From NCBI RefSeq assembly GCF_009914755.1, contig NC_060931.1: a stretch of 64,000 nt of DNA; one strand, given 5' to 3'. Made by a program: the position numbers and the translations under genes. Position 1 is the stretch's first letter. Each line of letters opens with the position of its first letter. Of this stretch, positions 45,021 through 57,654 are shown piece by piece. This DNA is from the human T2T-CHM13v2.0 reference genome, Homo sapiens. Under the pieces are notes generated by a model. The model ran no database searches. It saw only the letters and a program-made list of their open reading frames with translations, and was not told the DNA's origin.

Positions 45021-45742
45021 AAAAAAATCAGCAAAACCTGATACAGAGTACACACTCAATGATTATCTTTAATTAAATTGATGGGATTAGAGGAATAGAG
45101 TGGAGATAATATCCTTCTCCTAGGGTGGTAGCATGACAGTTAATGGTCAGATGCTAAGCAAACACTCAATAAATACATGCTATGGCCATAATTGTTAACA
45201 GACACAAGCTATGGCCATAATTGTTATCAGAGTGGCAGGCTATCCAGGGAGATCTTTTCAAGGCAGTAAAGAAGCTCAGGAGACGTTCCTGGACTCAGGA
45301 GCTTTGGGACTGAGGAATGATGGGTAGGCTGGTAGACTAGGATCTGGGCATTATTCCAGGTTCAGGGAAAGAGAGTCAATAATTATGGACCTCACAACAT
45401 GCCCTGTAAACTATTATTGATCCCAATTCCCTGCACTCAATATGTCAGTTTCCACTCACTGTCAGCAGTTTCTACTCACTGTCAGCAGTTTCTACTCATT
45501 GAACAACATCCACGTTTGAAGCTGTAAGGGAATGGATTTGGGGTGATCCCCTGAGGAAATGTCCACCAGCATTGCCCTTTTATGTCACCAGGAGGTCTCT
45601 CACAATAGCTCCAGGCTATCTTCACCCTCACCTCCTCTTGGCCTTCAGAAAAGAAACCAATCCACACCATGGGATCACTGAAGGGGCCCATGGCAACCTT
45701 TGCATTTCTGTGTTTGCCCCAAACATCACTGGACCTTGAAAC

Positions 45743-46325
45743 TATTAAATATAGTGAACCCCAAGGTTCTCTTCAAAGAATCAGTATGTCAGTATGTTCA
45801 GCTCTCTTATTCTTTGACTCTCTATTTTAAAGTGTAACTTCCTGATTCTCTTTGCCTCCTTGCTTCTAGTTTCATTAAACAACTTTTTCCACCAGTTATA
45901 ATCAGTAGTTCACATCTGTTCCAGGGTCGCCTGCTCCATCCTGACTCATCTTGGCCACCTTCTTTGACCTGAGTCACCCCTGGTCACCTGCTCTGACCTA
46001 AGTCACCTGTTCCTAACCGTCCTTCCCACCAAACTACTCACTCCGCCACTCTGGCTCATACTTCTGCTCTCTTTAAAATAGCCAGTTGGAATTAGCTTAG
46101 ACTGTGAGGTCCAACCCTAACCAATAGGGGAATGACACAGCAGTAGGGGCTACCTGCATCAGCAATAAGAACTCCTTCCCCTCCGCTGTTCAGGTGTGCT
46201 CTCGCCATTGTTCCATCTGTGAGGAGCACCCTTTCTGCAGAAAGTAAAAATTGCCTTGCTGAGAAAATTAAATTTATGTTCAAGTGCTATTTCTTTGTGG
46301 CACTGAGGAACAAGCATTTCTAACA
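45743..46325 (+). mobile_element. LTR10-family (HERV-I) solo LTR
   Basis: TATTAAATATAGTGAACCCCAAGGTTCTCTTCAAAGAATCAGTATGTCAGTATGTTC start; CACCTGCTC/TGACTCA repeats; ends GCATTTCTAACA; imperfect TSD AAAC/AAGC. Confidence 0.82.
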
Positions 46326-46333
46326 AAGCCATG

Positions 46334-46875
46334 ATATGTTCTGTTAGGGAGTTGAGGATAAGGGTAAGCCATATTATACCATAGTCGCCTAACTTTAGGA
46401 ATACCGCTGCAAGTACTATTGATCCATTGATAGGGGCTTCTACGTGGGCTTTGGGGAGTTATAGGTGATGTCTGTATAGGGGTATTTTTACTCTAAAAGC
46501 CACAATGCATGCTAATCGTATAAGGTTATTGGATCAGGAGGCTAATAGCTCTTGGGTGGTAAGTATTATTACTAGCGCATTTAATGAACCTGAGTCATAA
46601 GTGAAGTCTGTATAGGGGTATTTTTACTCTAAAAGCTATAATACATGATAGTCATATAAGATTATTGGATCAGGAGGCTAATAGCTCTTGAGTGGTAAGT
46701 ATTATTACTAGCACATTTAGTGAACCTGAGGTATTTTGAGTATAAACAAGTGTAACAAGTAGAGGAAGGGACCCTACTAGCGTATAAAATAAGAAATATT
46801 AGTTTGCATTGAGGCGTTCTGGTTGGTTACCTCAGCGGATGATGGTAGTTAGGGTAGGAATTAGTGTAGCTTCAA
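46334..46875 (-). pseudogene. MT-ND4: NUMT: nuclear pseudogene fragment of mitochondrial ND4 (about codons 122-257)
   Basis: Minus strand read in the vertebrate mt code gives [38 protein letters not shown]...[29 protein letters not shown], matching ND4 ([27 protein letters not shown]; [29 protein letters not shown]). Contains stops and a frameshifting duplication. Confidence 0.95.
46456..46730. repeat. 136-bp tandem duplication within the NUMT
   Basis: 46456-46591 vs 46592-46727: 13 mismatches counted by eye. Confidence 0.93.
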
Positions 46876-47825
46876 GCTTTGCTGGACTTTAGGCATCTGC
46901 TTTAGCTGAATTCATTTGATTTTGGTGACTCTTCATCTGATGTTTCTGCCACATCTGATCGTTGCCTTCAACACAAGCAAGACTCTGTTCACCTTTGCTG
47001 AACAATCTAGACAAAGAGTTGGCTCCTTCCCTGTGCATGGGGCAGGGAAGGAGCCACATGGGGCATGTGTCTTAGGAAAACAGCCACCCATTGCTGACAC
47101 TGTGCCTAAGTCTCTGAATCCTTTTGTCTTCTGTGGACTATCAGATGCTGAAAAGTCCCATTTCGTTTTGGGTTGAAATCTAGTCTTCTCTTTGGCTAGC
47201 ATTTCATCAGCTCCAGGCCTGGGAGGAGCAGTCTGATGTCTGGATGGTCTTTGCAGGCATCAGGTGGCCATTCCTGACCACAGTCCTCAGCTCCTACCCA
47301 CCCTGGCATTTTCCTTATCTCACTCTACTGATAGCGCCTTGTGGGAATGCTCAATAATGAACCTGGGCAACTCCCTTCCAATAGCAAACTAAAGCTGATG
47401 CTTTCTCATCTCATTCTTCTTCTTATTATTTTTTAAAAGAAATGAAGAACATTGTCACATCAATAAAAGAGAAAAAAACACCTTATCTCAAAATAAAGAA
47501 CAGTAATCATAAAGAAAAAATATTTGGCAATGTTTCACCACTGGGTACGTTGTAATATCCATATTTTTCTTTTACATTTTCTCCTGAGTAGTGAAAACTC
47601 CATTACAGAGGCTGAATGCTCAGAATTGCTGTTCTTGATTCTCTAGGGAAATCCTCTTGCTGAAAGCTCCAGGCAGCTTGTGGAATACAGTCAGGGTTGG
47701 GTGAGTGGGTGTGGGAGGGGGTGGGGAACTCACAGAATCACAAGGACGTTTTAGAAGTAGAAGTAAGTTGAGTATTAGCCACAGCTCCACTCCTATTTAA
47801 TAGACAGAGAGACTAAATCCAATGA

Positions 47826-48152
<327 letters not shown>

Positions 48153-48747
48153 CTTAAACACTTATGAACAAACTAGCTTGAGAATAGGTCTCACCTTGAT
48201 GCCCATAGTTTCAGGAGTGCAAGTGATTGTGAGTACATGGCCCAACCACTGCATTGCGAGTGACTCTCCCTCTCCCAACCAAAGACCACATGAGAATATG
48301 GGCCTCATGGTCTGAGCTAGACAAAGCCACTAAGCCCTCTGAAGCCTCATGCACTGAGAGACAGCCCTCAGGGTGAGGTCTCTGTGTTCCGGGTGAAGCC
48401 AGCTCCATCCTTCATGCCTCAGCTCATTCATTGATCAGAAAGATGGTGACATCTCATCACCCAACTCAGGACCCTTCATTTGCTGTTTATCTGGCATAGC
48501 TTTCATTTCTGGATAGAGAGAAAGAGCTATCTTAGGTACAGTGAATTAAATTCCTGTCTATCTGAGAGCAAAGTACAAAAGAGCCTGGCAGAACCCAGTC
48601 ACTTCTGCCTCCAGCTCTGGGATCCCCTAGACACTCTGGTCAGCACTATCATGATCACTGTGAGGTGAACTTGCAGTGGCATTTTCCCTACAGCCCCTCT
48701 GAGGTCTTCTCTCAGGCAGCAAGAATGTCAGTAGACTATGGACCTAC

Positions 48748-48773
48748 CTTTTCTTTTTCTTTCTTTCTTTCTT

Positions 48774-48852
<79 letters not shown>

Positions 48853-48955
48853 TTCTTTCTTTTTCTTTCTCTCTTCTTTCTTTCTCTCTCTTTCTTTCTC
48901 TATCTCTCTCCCTCCCCTCCCTCCCTCTCTCCTTCCTTTCTTTCTTTCTTTTCCT

Positions 48956-49010
<55 letters not shown>

Positions 49011-49150
49011 CTCTCTCTCTCTCTCCCTCCCTCCCTCTTTCCTTCTTTCCTTTCTTTCTCTCTTTCTCTCTCCCTCCCTCCCTCCTTCCCTACTTCCTTT
49101 CTTCTTTCCTTCCCTCCTTTCTTTCTTCTCTCTCTCTTTCTTTCTTCCAC
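48748..49150 (+). repeat. (CTTT)n/(CCTT)n/(CT)n compound microsatellite (Alu tail)
   Basis: Direct reading. Confidence 0.95.
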
Positions 49151-49390
49151 TTTTGAGAAATAGGATCTCAGGGTGGTGTGCAGTGCTGTGATCATAGCTC
49201 ACTGAATCCTCAAACTCCTGCACTCAACAGATCTTCCTGCCTCAGTCTCCTGAGTAGATGAAACTACAGGTGCATGCCACCACGCCTGGCTAAATTGTTA
49301 TAATGTTTTTAGAGATGAGATCTTGCTATGTTGCCCAGGCTGGTCTCAAATTCCTGGCCTCAAGTGATCATCTCATCTTGGCTTTCCAAA
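49151..49390 (-). mobile_element. AluJ
   Basis: Diverged reverse dimer. Confidence 0.88.
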
Positions 49391-49844
49391 AGACTATGGA
49401 CTTTTTAAAAGACAAAACCTTCGAGGGAACTGATCCTCAGGGATGAATGTAACACTTCCTTTCACCTAGTCCTGGCTAAGGCACAGTTTTGGCTCATCCC
49501 TCACCCTAAGTTCCTAAAGTCTTTAAACCAAGTCTGACCATACTAAGCAGACCCAGGTTGCTGCAAAAGAACAGCTCACAGTTATTTTCCAAGAGCCTCC
49601 TCTCATCCATGAGTCTGCATTGGTCTGACTCATGCATTTGAGGCAGATTGTGGACCCTGGCCAGGAACTCACAGAAGCAAATTCTCCCTCCACCACTGCC
49701 CACTTGCTGTCTGACTCTGAGCTCGTGACTTAAATGTTTACCCAGTGTTCTCATGTATGAAATGAGGTAGAGGGACTAGGCTTGTGTGTGTGGTGTGTGT
49801 GTGTGTGTGTTGCTAGGGGTTTTTTTTCTGGCTTAAAAAATAAG

Positions 49845-50206
49845 TGTATTCACTTCTTCTCATGCTGCTAATAAAGACATACCCAAGACTGGGTAATTAT
49901 AAAGGAAAGAGGTTTAATTGACTCACTGTTCCACATGGCTGGGGAGGCCTCACAATCATGGCAGAAGGCAGGGAGAAGCAAAGCCACATCTTACACGGAG
50001 ACAGGCAAGTGGGTGTGTGCATGGGAACTCCCCCTTATAAAACCATCAGATCTCGTGAGACTTATTCACTATCATGAGAACAGCATGGGAAAGACCCACC
50101 TTCATGATTCAGTTACCTGCCACCAGGTCTCTCCCACAACACGTGGGAATTATGGGAGCTACAATTCAAGATGAGATTGAGGTGGGGACACAGTCAAACC
50201 ATATCA
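49845..50206 (-). mobile_element. THE1 (MaLR) solo LTR
   Basis: TGTATT...GCTGCTAATAAAGACATACCCAAGACTGGGTAATT...CAAACCATATCA. Confidence 0.88.
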
Positions 50207-50224
50207 ACAAAATTGCAAATATGG

Positions 50225-50480
50225 GGAAAAGAATTCCTGTATCCCCTTGGTTTAGATGCCCCAAATGCTTTGGCTTTCATAACCACAGAAAAATTATCAA
50301 AATTCAGGATATGAACATCGATACCACACTATTGTCTAATCTATAGACCTTATGCAAATTTTTTTCCAATTGTTCCATGGATATTCTTTTTCTGATCCAG
50401 GATCCAACCCAAGACTGCACATTCCACTTGGTCGTCAAGTCTATTCAGTCTCCTTTCATCTTTTAGTCTCTTTTATTTTA
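50225..50480 (-). mobile_element. L1MC-like 3'UTR fragment
   Basis: CTAATCTATAGACCTTAT...CCAGGATCCAACCCAAGA. Confidence 0.65.
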
Positions 50481-50676
50481 TTATTGTGTTACTATTGCTA
50501 TTATTATTTATCATCTTTTCAATGTTATTATTATTCTCCTGAAATCTTTAGTTTTCATGTCAAATAATTTAGATTGATAGTGTGAAAATGAACATGTTAC
50601 CTTAACTTGTTAAATCCCAGCTAAGCTCATTGGTCTTAAACATAAGTATCTTTCACCCAAAGAAAAGGGAGGTAGC

Positions 50677-50835
50677 CAACTGGGTGCAGTGGTTCACACC
50701 TAGAGTCCTGGTTACTTGGGAGGCTGAGGCAGAAGGATTCCTTGAGCCAAGGAGTTTGAAGCTGCAGTGAGCTATGATTATGCCACTGCACTCCAGCTTA
50801 AGTCACAGAACAAGACCTCAACTCCAAAAAATAAA
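50677..50835 (+). mobile_element. Alu monomer (FRAM-like)
   Basis: Single arm with A tail. Confidence 0.85.
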
Positions 50836-50844
50836 TGGGTGCTA

Positions 50845-51301
<457 letters not shown>

Positions 51302-51665
51302 TCATGGATATTTTGATGTTATGACATTAATTAATGTGTTCCATCAATTTTACAATATTTTTTTCAATTTTAATAACTGTATAATGTCACATCAAGTGAC
51401 TAGACTCTGGGTTTTGTAACTTTTGCATCATAATGGAACATCCATGTGGTCTTCAGCTTTTGCCATTATAAAATACACGCTGCCCCTTATTTAGAACTAT
51501 TCTCTTAAGATAGAGTCCCATAAATACTATTACGTGGTGAAAGACCACTGAGCCATAAAGCTGGTGTGCACAGCAATACTCCATCATCAAATGGAAGTGG
51601 TGTATAAGTGATTGAGCACAAGTGGGCCCTGTAGGCATAAGTGAGTTACATAAAGAAGTGGCCCA

Positions 51666-51936
51666 GGCTGGGCACGGTGGCTCACGCCTGTAATCCCAAC
51701 ATTTTGGGAGGCCGAGATGGGTGGATCACCTGAGGTCAGGAGTTGGAGACCAGCCTGGCCAACATGGTGAAACCCTGTCTCTGCTAAAAATACAAAAACT
51801 AGCCGGGCGTGGTGGTGGGTGCCTGTAATCCCAGCTAGTCGGGAGGCTGACGCTTGAACGCAGGAGTTAGAGGTTGTAGTGAGCCGAGATCAGGCCATTG
51901 CACTCCAGCCTGGGCGACAAGAGTGAAACTCCATCT

Positions 51937-51977
<41 letters not shown>

Positions 51978-51980
51978 AAA
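51666..51980 (+). mobile_element. Alu within ERVL
   Basis: Dimer with (AAAT)n tail; TSD AAAGAAGT(G/A)GCCCA. Confidence 0.95.
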
Positions 51981-53328
51981 GAAGTAGCCCAAATACCCAT
52001 GGTTCTTACTCCTCCTCCAATGCCTTCTCTCTCCCAGTCTGCAACTATGACCTTATGGAGAGTTCTTTGTGATCAGCTGACAAAGGAAGAGAAGACTCAG
52101 GCCTGGTTTACAGATGGTTCTGCATAATTTGCAGGCACTACTTGAGAGTGGACGGCCCCTGCACTACAGCCCCTCTCCGGAACATCACTGAAGGACAATG
52201 GTGAAGGGAAATTGTCCAACGGGTAGAACTTCACACAGTGCACCAGGTTGCGTATTTTGCTTGAAAGGGGCAATGGTCAAACATGTGATTATGTACCAAT
52301 TCATGGGCTATAGCCAATGGTTTGGCTGGATGGTCAGGGGCTTAGAAGAAACATGGTTGTAAAATTGGTGACAGAGAAATATGGGGAAGAGGTGAATAGA
52401 TTGACCTCTCTGAATAGCCAAAAAAAAAAAAAAAAAAAAAAACATGTCCCATGTGATTGCTCACTGAAGGGTGACCTCAATAAAGGAGCATTTTAATAAT
52501 TAAGTGGATAGAATGACCCATCCTGTAGATACCAGTGAGCCTCTTTCTCCAGACAACCCTGTCATCATCACACAGTGGTCTCATGAACAAAGTGGCCATG
52601 ATGGCAGGGATAGAGGTTCTGTGTGGGCTCAGAAACATGGACTTCCACTCACAAAGGCCAACTTGCCTACAGCCACTGCTGAGAGTCCAATCTGCCAGCA
52701 GCACAAACCATTACTGAGCTGCTGTTATGACGTCATTCCCTGGGGTGATCAGCCAGCTACCTGGTTGCAGGTTGATTACATTGCACCTCTTCCATCATGA
52801 AAGGGGCAGCAATTTGTCCATACTGGAATAGACACTTAACTCTGGATATGGATTTTCCTTCCCTGCAAAGAAAACTTCTGCCAGGATTATCATCTGAGAA
52901 CTTACAAATTGCCTCATTCCCCATCATGGTATTCTACACAGCATTGCTTCTCATCAAGGAATTCACTTCACAGCAAAAGCAGTGCAGCAATGGGCGCATG
53001 CTCGTGGGATTCAGTGGTTTGATCAGGTTCCCCAGTATTCATAAGAAGCTGGCTTGGTAAAACAGTGGAATAGCGCTTTGAAGACTCAGTTACACAACCA
53101 ACTAGGTGATGATACCTTACAAGACTGGTACAAGGTTCTCCGGAAATCTGCACGTGCTCTGAATCAGCATCCAATATTTGGTAGTGCTTCTCCCATAGCC
53201 AGGATTCACAGGTCCAGGAATTAAGGGGTAGAAATGGGAGTGGCACCACTCTCTATTACTCCTAGTGAGGCACTAGCAAAATTTTTCCTTCCTGTTTCTT
53301 CAAGTTTATACTCTACTGGCCTAGAGGT

Positions 53329-53329
<1 letters not shown>

Positions 53330-53373
<44 letters not shown>

Positions 53374-53651
53374 AGACAGAGTCTTGCTCTGTTGCCCAGG
53401 CTGAAGTGCAGTGGTGCAATCTCAGCTCACTGCAATCTCCACCTCCCGGGTTCAGCCAGTTCTCTGCCTCAGCCTCCCGAGTAGCTGGGATTACAGGCAC
53501 CTGCCACCACGCACAGCTAATTTTTGTATTTTTAGTAGAGATGGGGTTTCATCATCTTGGCCAGGCTGGTCTTGAACTCCTGACCTCATGATCCACCTGC
53601 CTCGGCCTCCCAAAGTGCTGGGATTACAGGCGTGAACCACCGTGCCCAGCC
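53330..53651 (-). mobile_element. Alu within ERVL
   Basis: Long poly-T plus reverse dimer. Confidence 0.95.
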
Positions 53652-54568
53652 TCGCCTAGCAGTCTTAATTCCAGAGGAAGAAATGCTTCCACCAGGAGAC
53701 ATGACAAGATTCCATTGAATTGAAAATTAAGCCTACCACCTGGCCATTTTGTGGCACTTTATGCTTCTGAGTCAATAGGTCAATATAGGGGTTACGGTGT
53801 TGGTTGGGAGAAATTGGACTGCTAGTCCATGATGGCAGTAAAGAAGAGTATGTCTGGAATACAGAGGACCCCTTAAGGCAACTCTTATTGTTACCATGCC
53901 ATATGATTGATTATAGGCAATTAAAAAAAACCACAACAACCCAATTTAGGCAGGACTATTAATGAAGGTTTGGGTCACCCCATCAGATAATGAACCACAA
54001 CCAGCTGAGGTGCAGCTGAAAGCAAAGTAGGTACAATTCTGTACCTACTACAGAATAGGTAGTAGGAATATATAAGTATAATAAGTATGTAAGTACAAAT
54101 ATAAGCTATAACCACATGACCAGTTACGGAAATGAGGGCTGTAATTATAATGAGTATTTCCTTTTTATTTTGCATGAATACAAATATTACATATATACAC
54201 ATATCTATACATATTATACACACACATACACAGAAACACACACACACGTACATATAAAGCGAATAGCTTTGTTTTCTTTTCTCTCTTAGTCCCTTATCAT
54301 GTAACAGAAGATGTATTAATATTATGTTAGTATTTAAATATTGCTAATTTTACATCCTAGTATTTAAGTTAAGGTATATCAGGAAAAGAGGAAGCATCAC
54401 TGAAAAACTTTATTTTCTCTTCTGAGGAAGGGATTTGTGCATTTTTCGTTGTATGAAGGATAGTCGTATCATGTTCAGTGGAAGCATGATCTTGTTAATG
54501 TCTTTATTTGGAGACTACTATGGTTTAACAAGATTCACCTGGGTGCCAACTGACAAGGAGGTGACTTC

Positions 54569-55120
54569 CGATGGTTAATTTTAAGTATCAACTTGACTGG
54601 GCTCAGGGATGCCCAGAGACCTGGTAAATTTCCGAGTGTGTCTGTGATGGTGTTCTCGGAAGAGATTAGCATTTGAATCAGTAGACAGAGTAAAGGTCAT
54701 CCTCACCAGTGTGGGTGGCCGTCACGCACTTCACTGAGGCTCTGACAAGAACCTAAAAAGCAGATGAGGGGTGCATTTGCTCTCTCTGCCTGAGCTGGGA
54801 CATCCATCTTCTCCAGCCTCAGACATTGGTGCTCCTGGTTCTTTGGCCTTTGTGTTTACACTAGAATTATGCTACTGACTTTTTTGATCTTCAGATTTCA
54901 GATGGTAGATTGTGGAACTCCCCAGACTTCATAATTGCATAAGCCAATTCCTTATAATAAATATATTTCTATATATTTGTATCTATTTATATAATCTATC
55001 TATGTAATCTATCTGTCTGTCTGTCTGTCCTATCTATCTAGCTAGCTAGCTAGCTATCTGTCTAGCTATCTAGCTATCTATCTGTCTAGCTATCTAGCTA
55101 TCTATCTGTCTGTCTATCTA

Positions 55121-55167
<47 letters not shown>

Positions 55168-55304
55168 ATCTATCTATCTTCTATCTTCATTCTATTCTAT
55201 TCTATTCTATTCTATTCTATTCTATTCTATTCTATTCTATTCTATTCTATTCTATTCTATTCTATTCTATTGTTTCTGTTTCCCTGGAGAACCCTGACTA
55301 ATAT
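54569..55304 (+). mobile_element. MLT2 3' LTR of the ERVL
   Basis: Preceded by PPT-like GACAAGGAGGTGACT; GATGGTTAATTTT...CTGGAGAACCCTGACTAATATA. Confidence 0.88.
54995..55271 (+). repeat. (TCTA)n/(TCTG)n/(AGCT)n followed by (TTCTA)n STR
   Basis: Direct reading; inside MLT2. Confidence 0.95.
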
Positions 55305-55537
55305 AGTCATTGAGATATTGGAGCTGTTTGTCACAACAAGAAGTGTTGATGTACTTGATACTTTGTACTGCCATGTAATACTTGGAATTAAGTAAACTGA
55401 TATACAGTATGATAATTCTGATACCATCTCATGGGCTAGATGCTGCAGAAGAATATATATTGAGAAATGGAATGAATTGAAGACAGAGTACAAACAAATT
55501 TGTATGCCTGCTAAGACATTTATTCATTGTGTTCTAA

Positions 55538-55851
<314 letters not shown>

Positions 55852-57277
55852 ACCAATAGCCATTTTCAAGCACAAGAGTATCAAGATGAACTAGGACTGT
55901 CAAATGCTTTTTTATTCTCTCTCTTCCCACTATTTGCTCCCTGACATCATGCTGTGATCACCATCAGTGTTTAGTAAATAATTATTTAAAGCAACGCAGG
56001 AAGGAGCCATTTGGAATGGTGTCATCAGTATCTTCATAATTCTGCTGTGCTTAGCAGTTACATGATTTTCATTCTTTATTAATTACACCCATTACTTTGA
56101 GTTACAGTGTCAGAATTTCTTACTTGAATTTAGTTTAATGTCTGTAGCTTTGCTTTGCTCCCTTTTAACCCTCTTCAAGGAATGCACTAGGTCTCTGCTC
56201 ATCTTTGGAAGGACTCGCTGAAATAGCTCCCAACTGTGAAATGCATATCTCTTTATTGATTTCTGTAGGAACCTATCAGCAGGAAGCCAGCCTGAGCCTG
56301 ATGTGAAGTTTGTATATTCTCCTCTTCCTTTCATAATAAGGGACTCATCATCTTTTAAGGATAACATTAAAATGTAAAGTTCAGAGAAGGTCTATAAATC
56401 ACCATAAACCTTCACGTTCTCTTTCTTCTTTCCTTTACTATAGATTTCTGTGCCTAATTCGTTACATTCAATGAGAAATCAGTTATACGATCCTCCTTCC
56501 CCATCCATTCTCCATCCGCTTTGTATGCGACTTCCTTTGCCCTGTCTTGTTCATGATTATTCTGCCCGGTGAAATAGAAAGCTCCAGGCCGCTCACAGTA
56601 TATTTATAGTATCATTTAGTTAAAGAGAAGATACTGAACATAAGCATTTTTATTTTATAAGGTCTTCCCATCTGGTCTATGACTAAGAAATTAGTAGATT
56701 GACCCTTAGTTGAAACTTTAGCTCTCCTATTAATGGTTTGTCCACTTAACTAGCCAATGATTGCCGGCCTTATTAAAGGATGCTAATGAATAAAAAACGT
56801 TATCAGAAAACAATAATTAACCTTGAATATAAAAGCATTAACCAGAGGCGATCAATCACTTTCCAAGGCTTAGTAAACACTTAGAATGCATTAAGTGTCC
56901 CTAAAGGAGCAATTAAAGAACACAGCTATTCTGTTTCAAACCGGAGTAGCAAAGGGTCAGTCATACAGACATGTAAATTTGGTGGTTGCTGGTGAAATGT
57001 AAACCAAATGGTTGACCCTGGTGTTGCACTCTTAGAGCCTGAGGCTTCATCATAGGTGAGTCTGTAACATATCTAAGCATGCGTTTCTCTAAAAGGACAA
57101 ATCGGAGGTTAACACCACCTGACACAAACCGCTTTGATCATCGCCTACTTTGGCTGGTTCTTTTACATTTTTACCCATATTATAATAAGAATAGTAGTAA
57201 CAATTTATGATATACCTCACAAAATTGCTTTCCTTACAGGTGATAAGCATGTGCACTGTTATTAAAAGTGTGTAGTT

Positions 57278-57590
57278 GGCTGGGCACAGTGGCTCACACC
57301 TGTAATCCCAGCACTTTGGGAGGCTGAAGCGGGCGATCACCTGAGGTCAGGAGTTTGAGACCAGCCTGGCCAACATGGCAAAACCTCGTCTCTCCTAAAA
57401 ATACAAAAACTAGCCAGGCGTGGTGGCATGTGCCTGTAATCCCAGCTACTTGGGAGGCTGAGGCAGGAGAAATCACTTGAACCCATCGGGGGAAGGTTGC
57501 AGTGAGCCAAGATCATGCTACTGCACTCCAGTCTGGGCGACAGAGCGAGACTTCATCTCAAAAAAAAAAAAAGAAAAAACAGAAAAAAAG
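57278..57590 (+). mobile_element. Alu (AluS-like)
   Basis: Dimer; TSD AAAAGTGTGT(A/G)GTT. Confidence 0.95.
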
Positions 57591-57654
57591 TGTGTGGTTA
57601 TACAGGTTTCACTCCACACTGGTCAGTATCGTGTAGTATTATGTTTCCCAGCTG

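Larger units (their letters stand above)
51540..54568 (+). mobile_element. ERVL internal fragment (decayed pol: RNase H, integrase, dUTPase)
   Basis: EEKTQAWFTDGSA* (~52086-52127, RNase H); ORF 52504-52800 WSHEQSGH...PICQQ...WLQVDYIAPLP (integrase Zn finger and first catalytic Asp); dUTPase-like MLPPGD at ~53683; many stops. Confidence 0.9.

Noticed and set aside
52504-52800. Domesticated integrase gene
   Set aside because: Short, flanked by stops and frameshifts, zinc-finger Cys lost; an ordinary decayed ERVL
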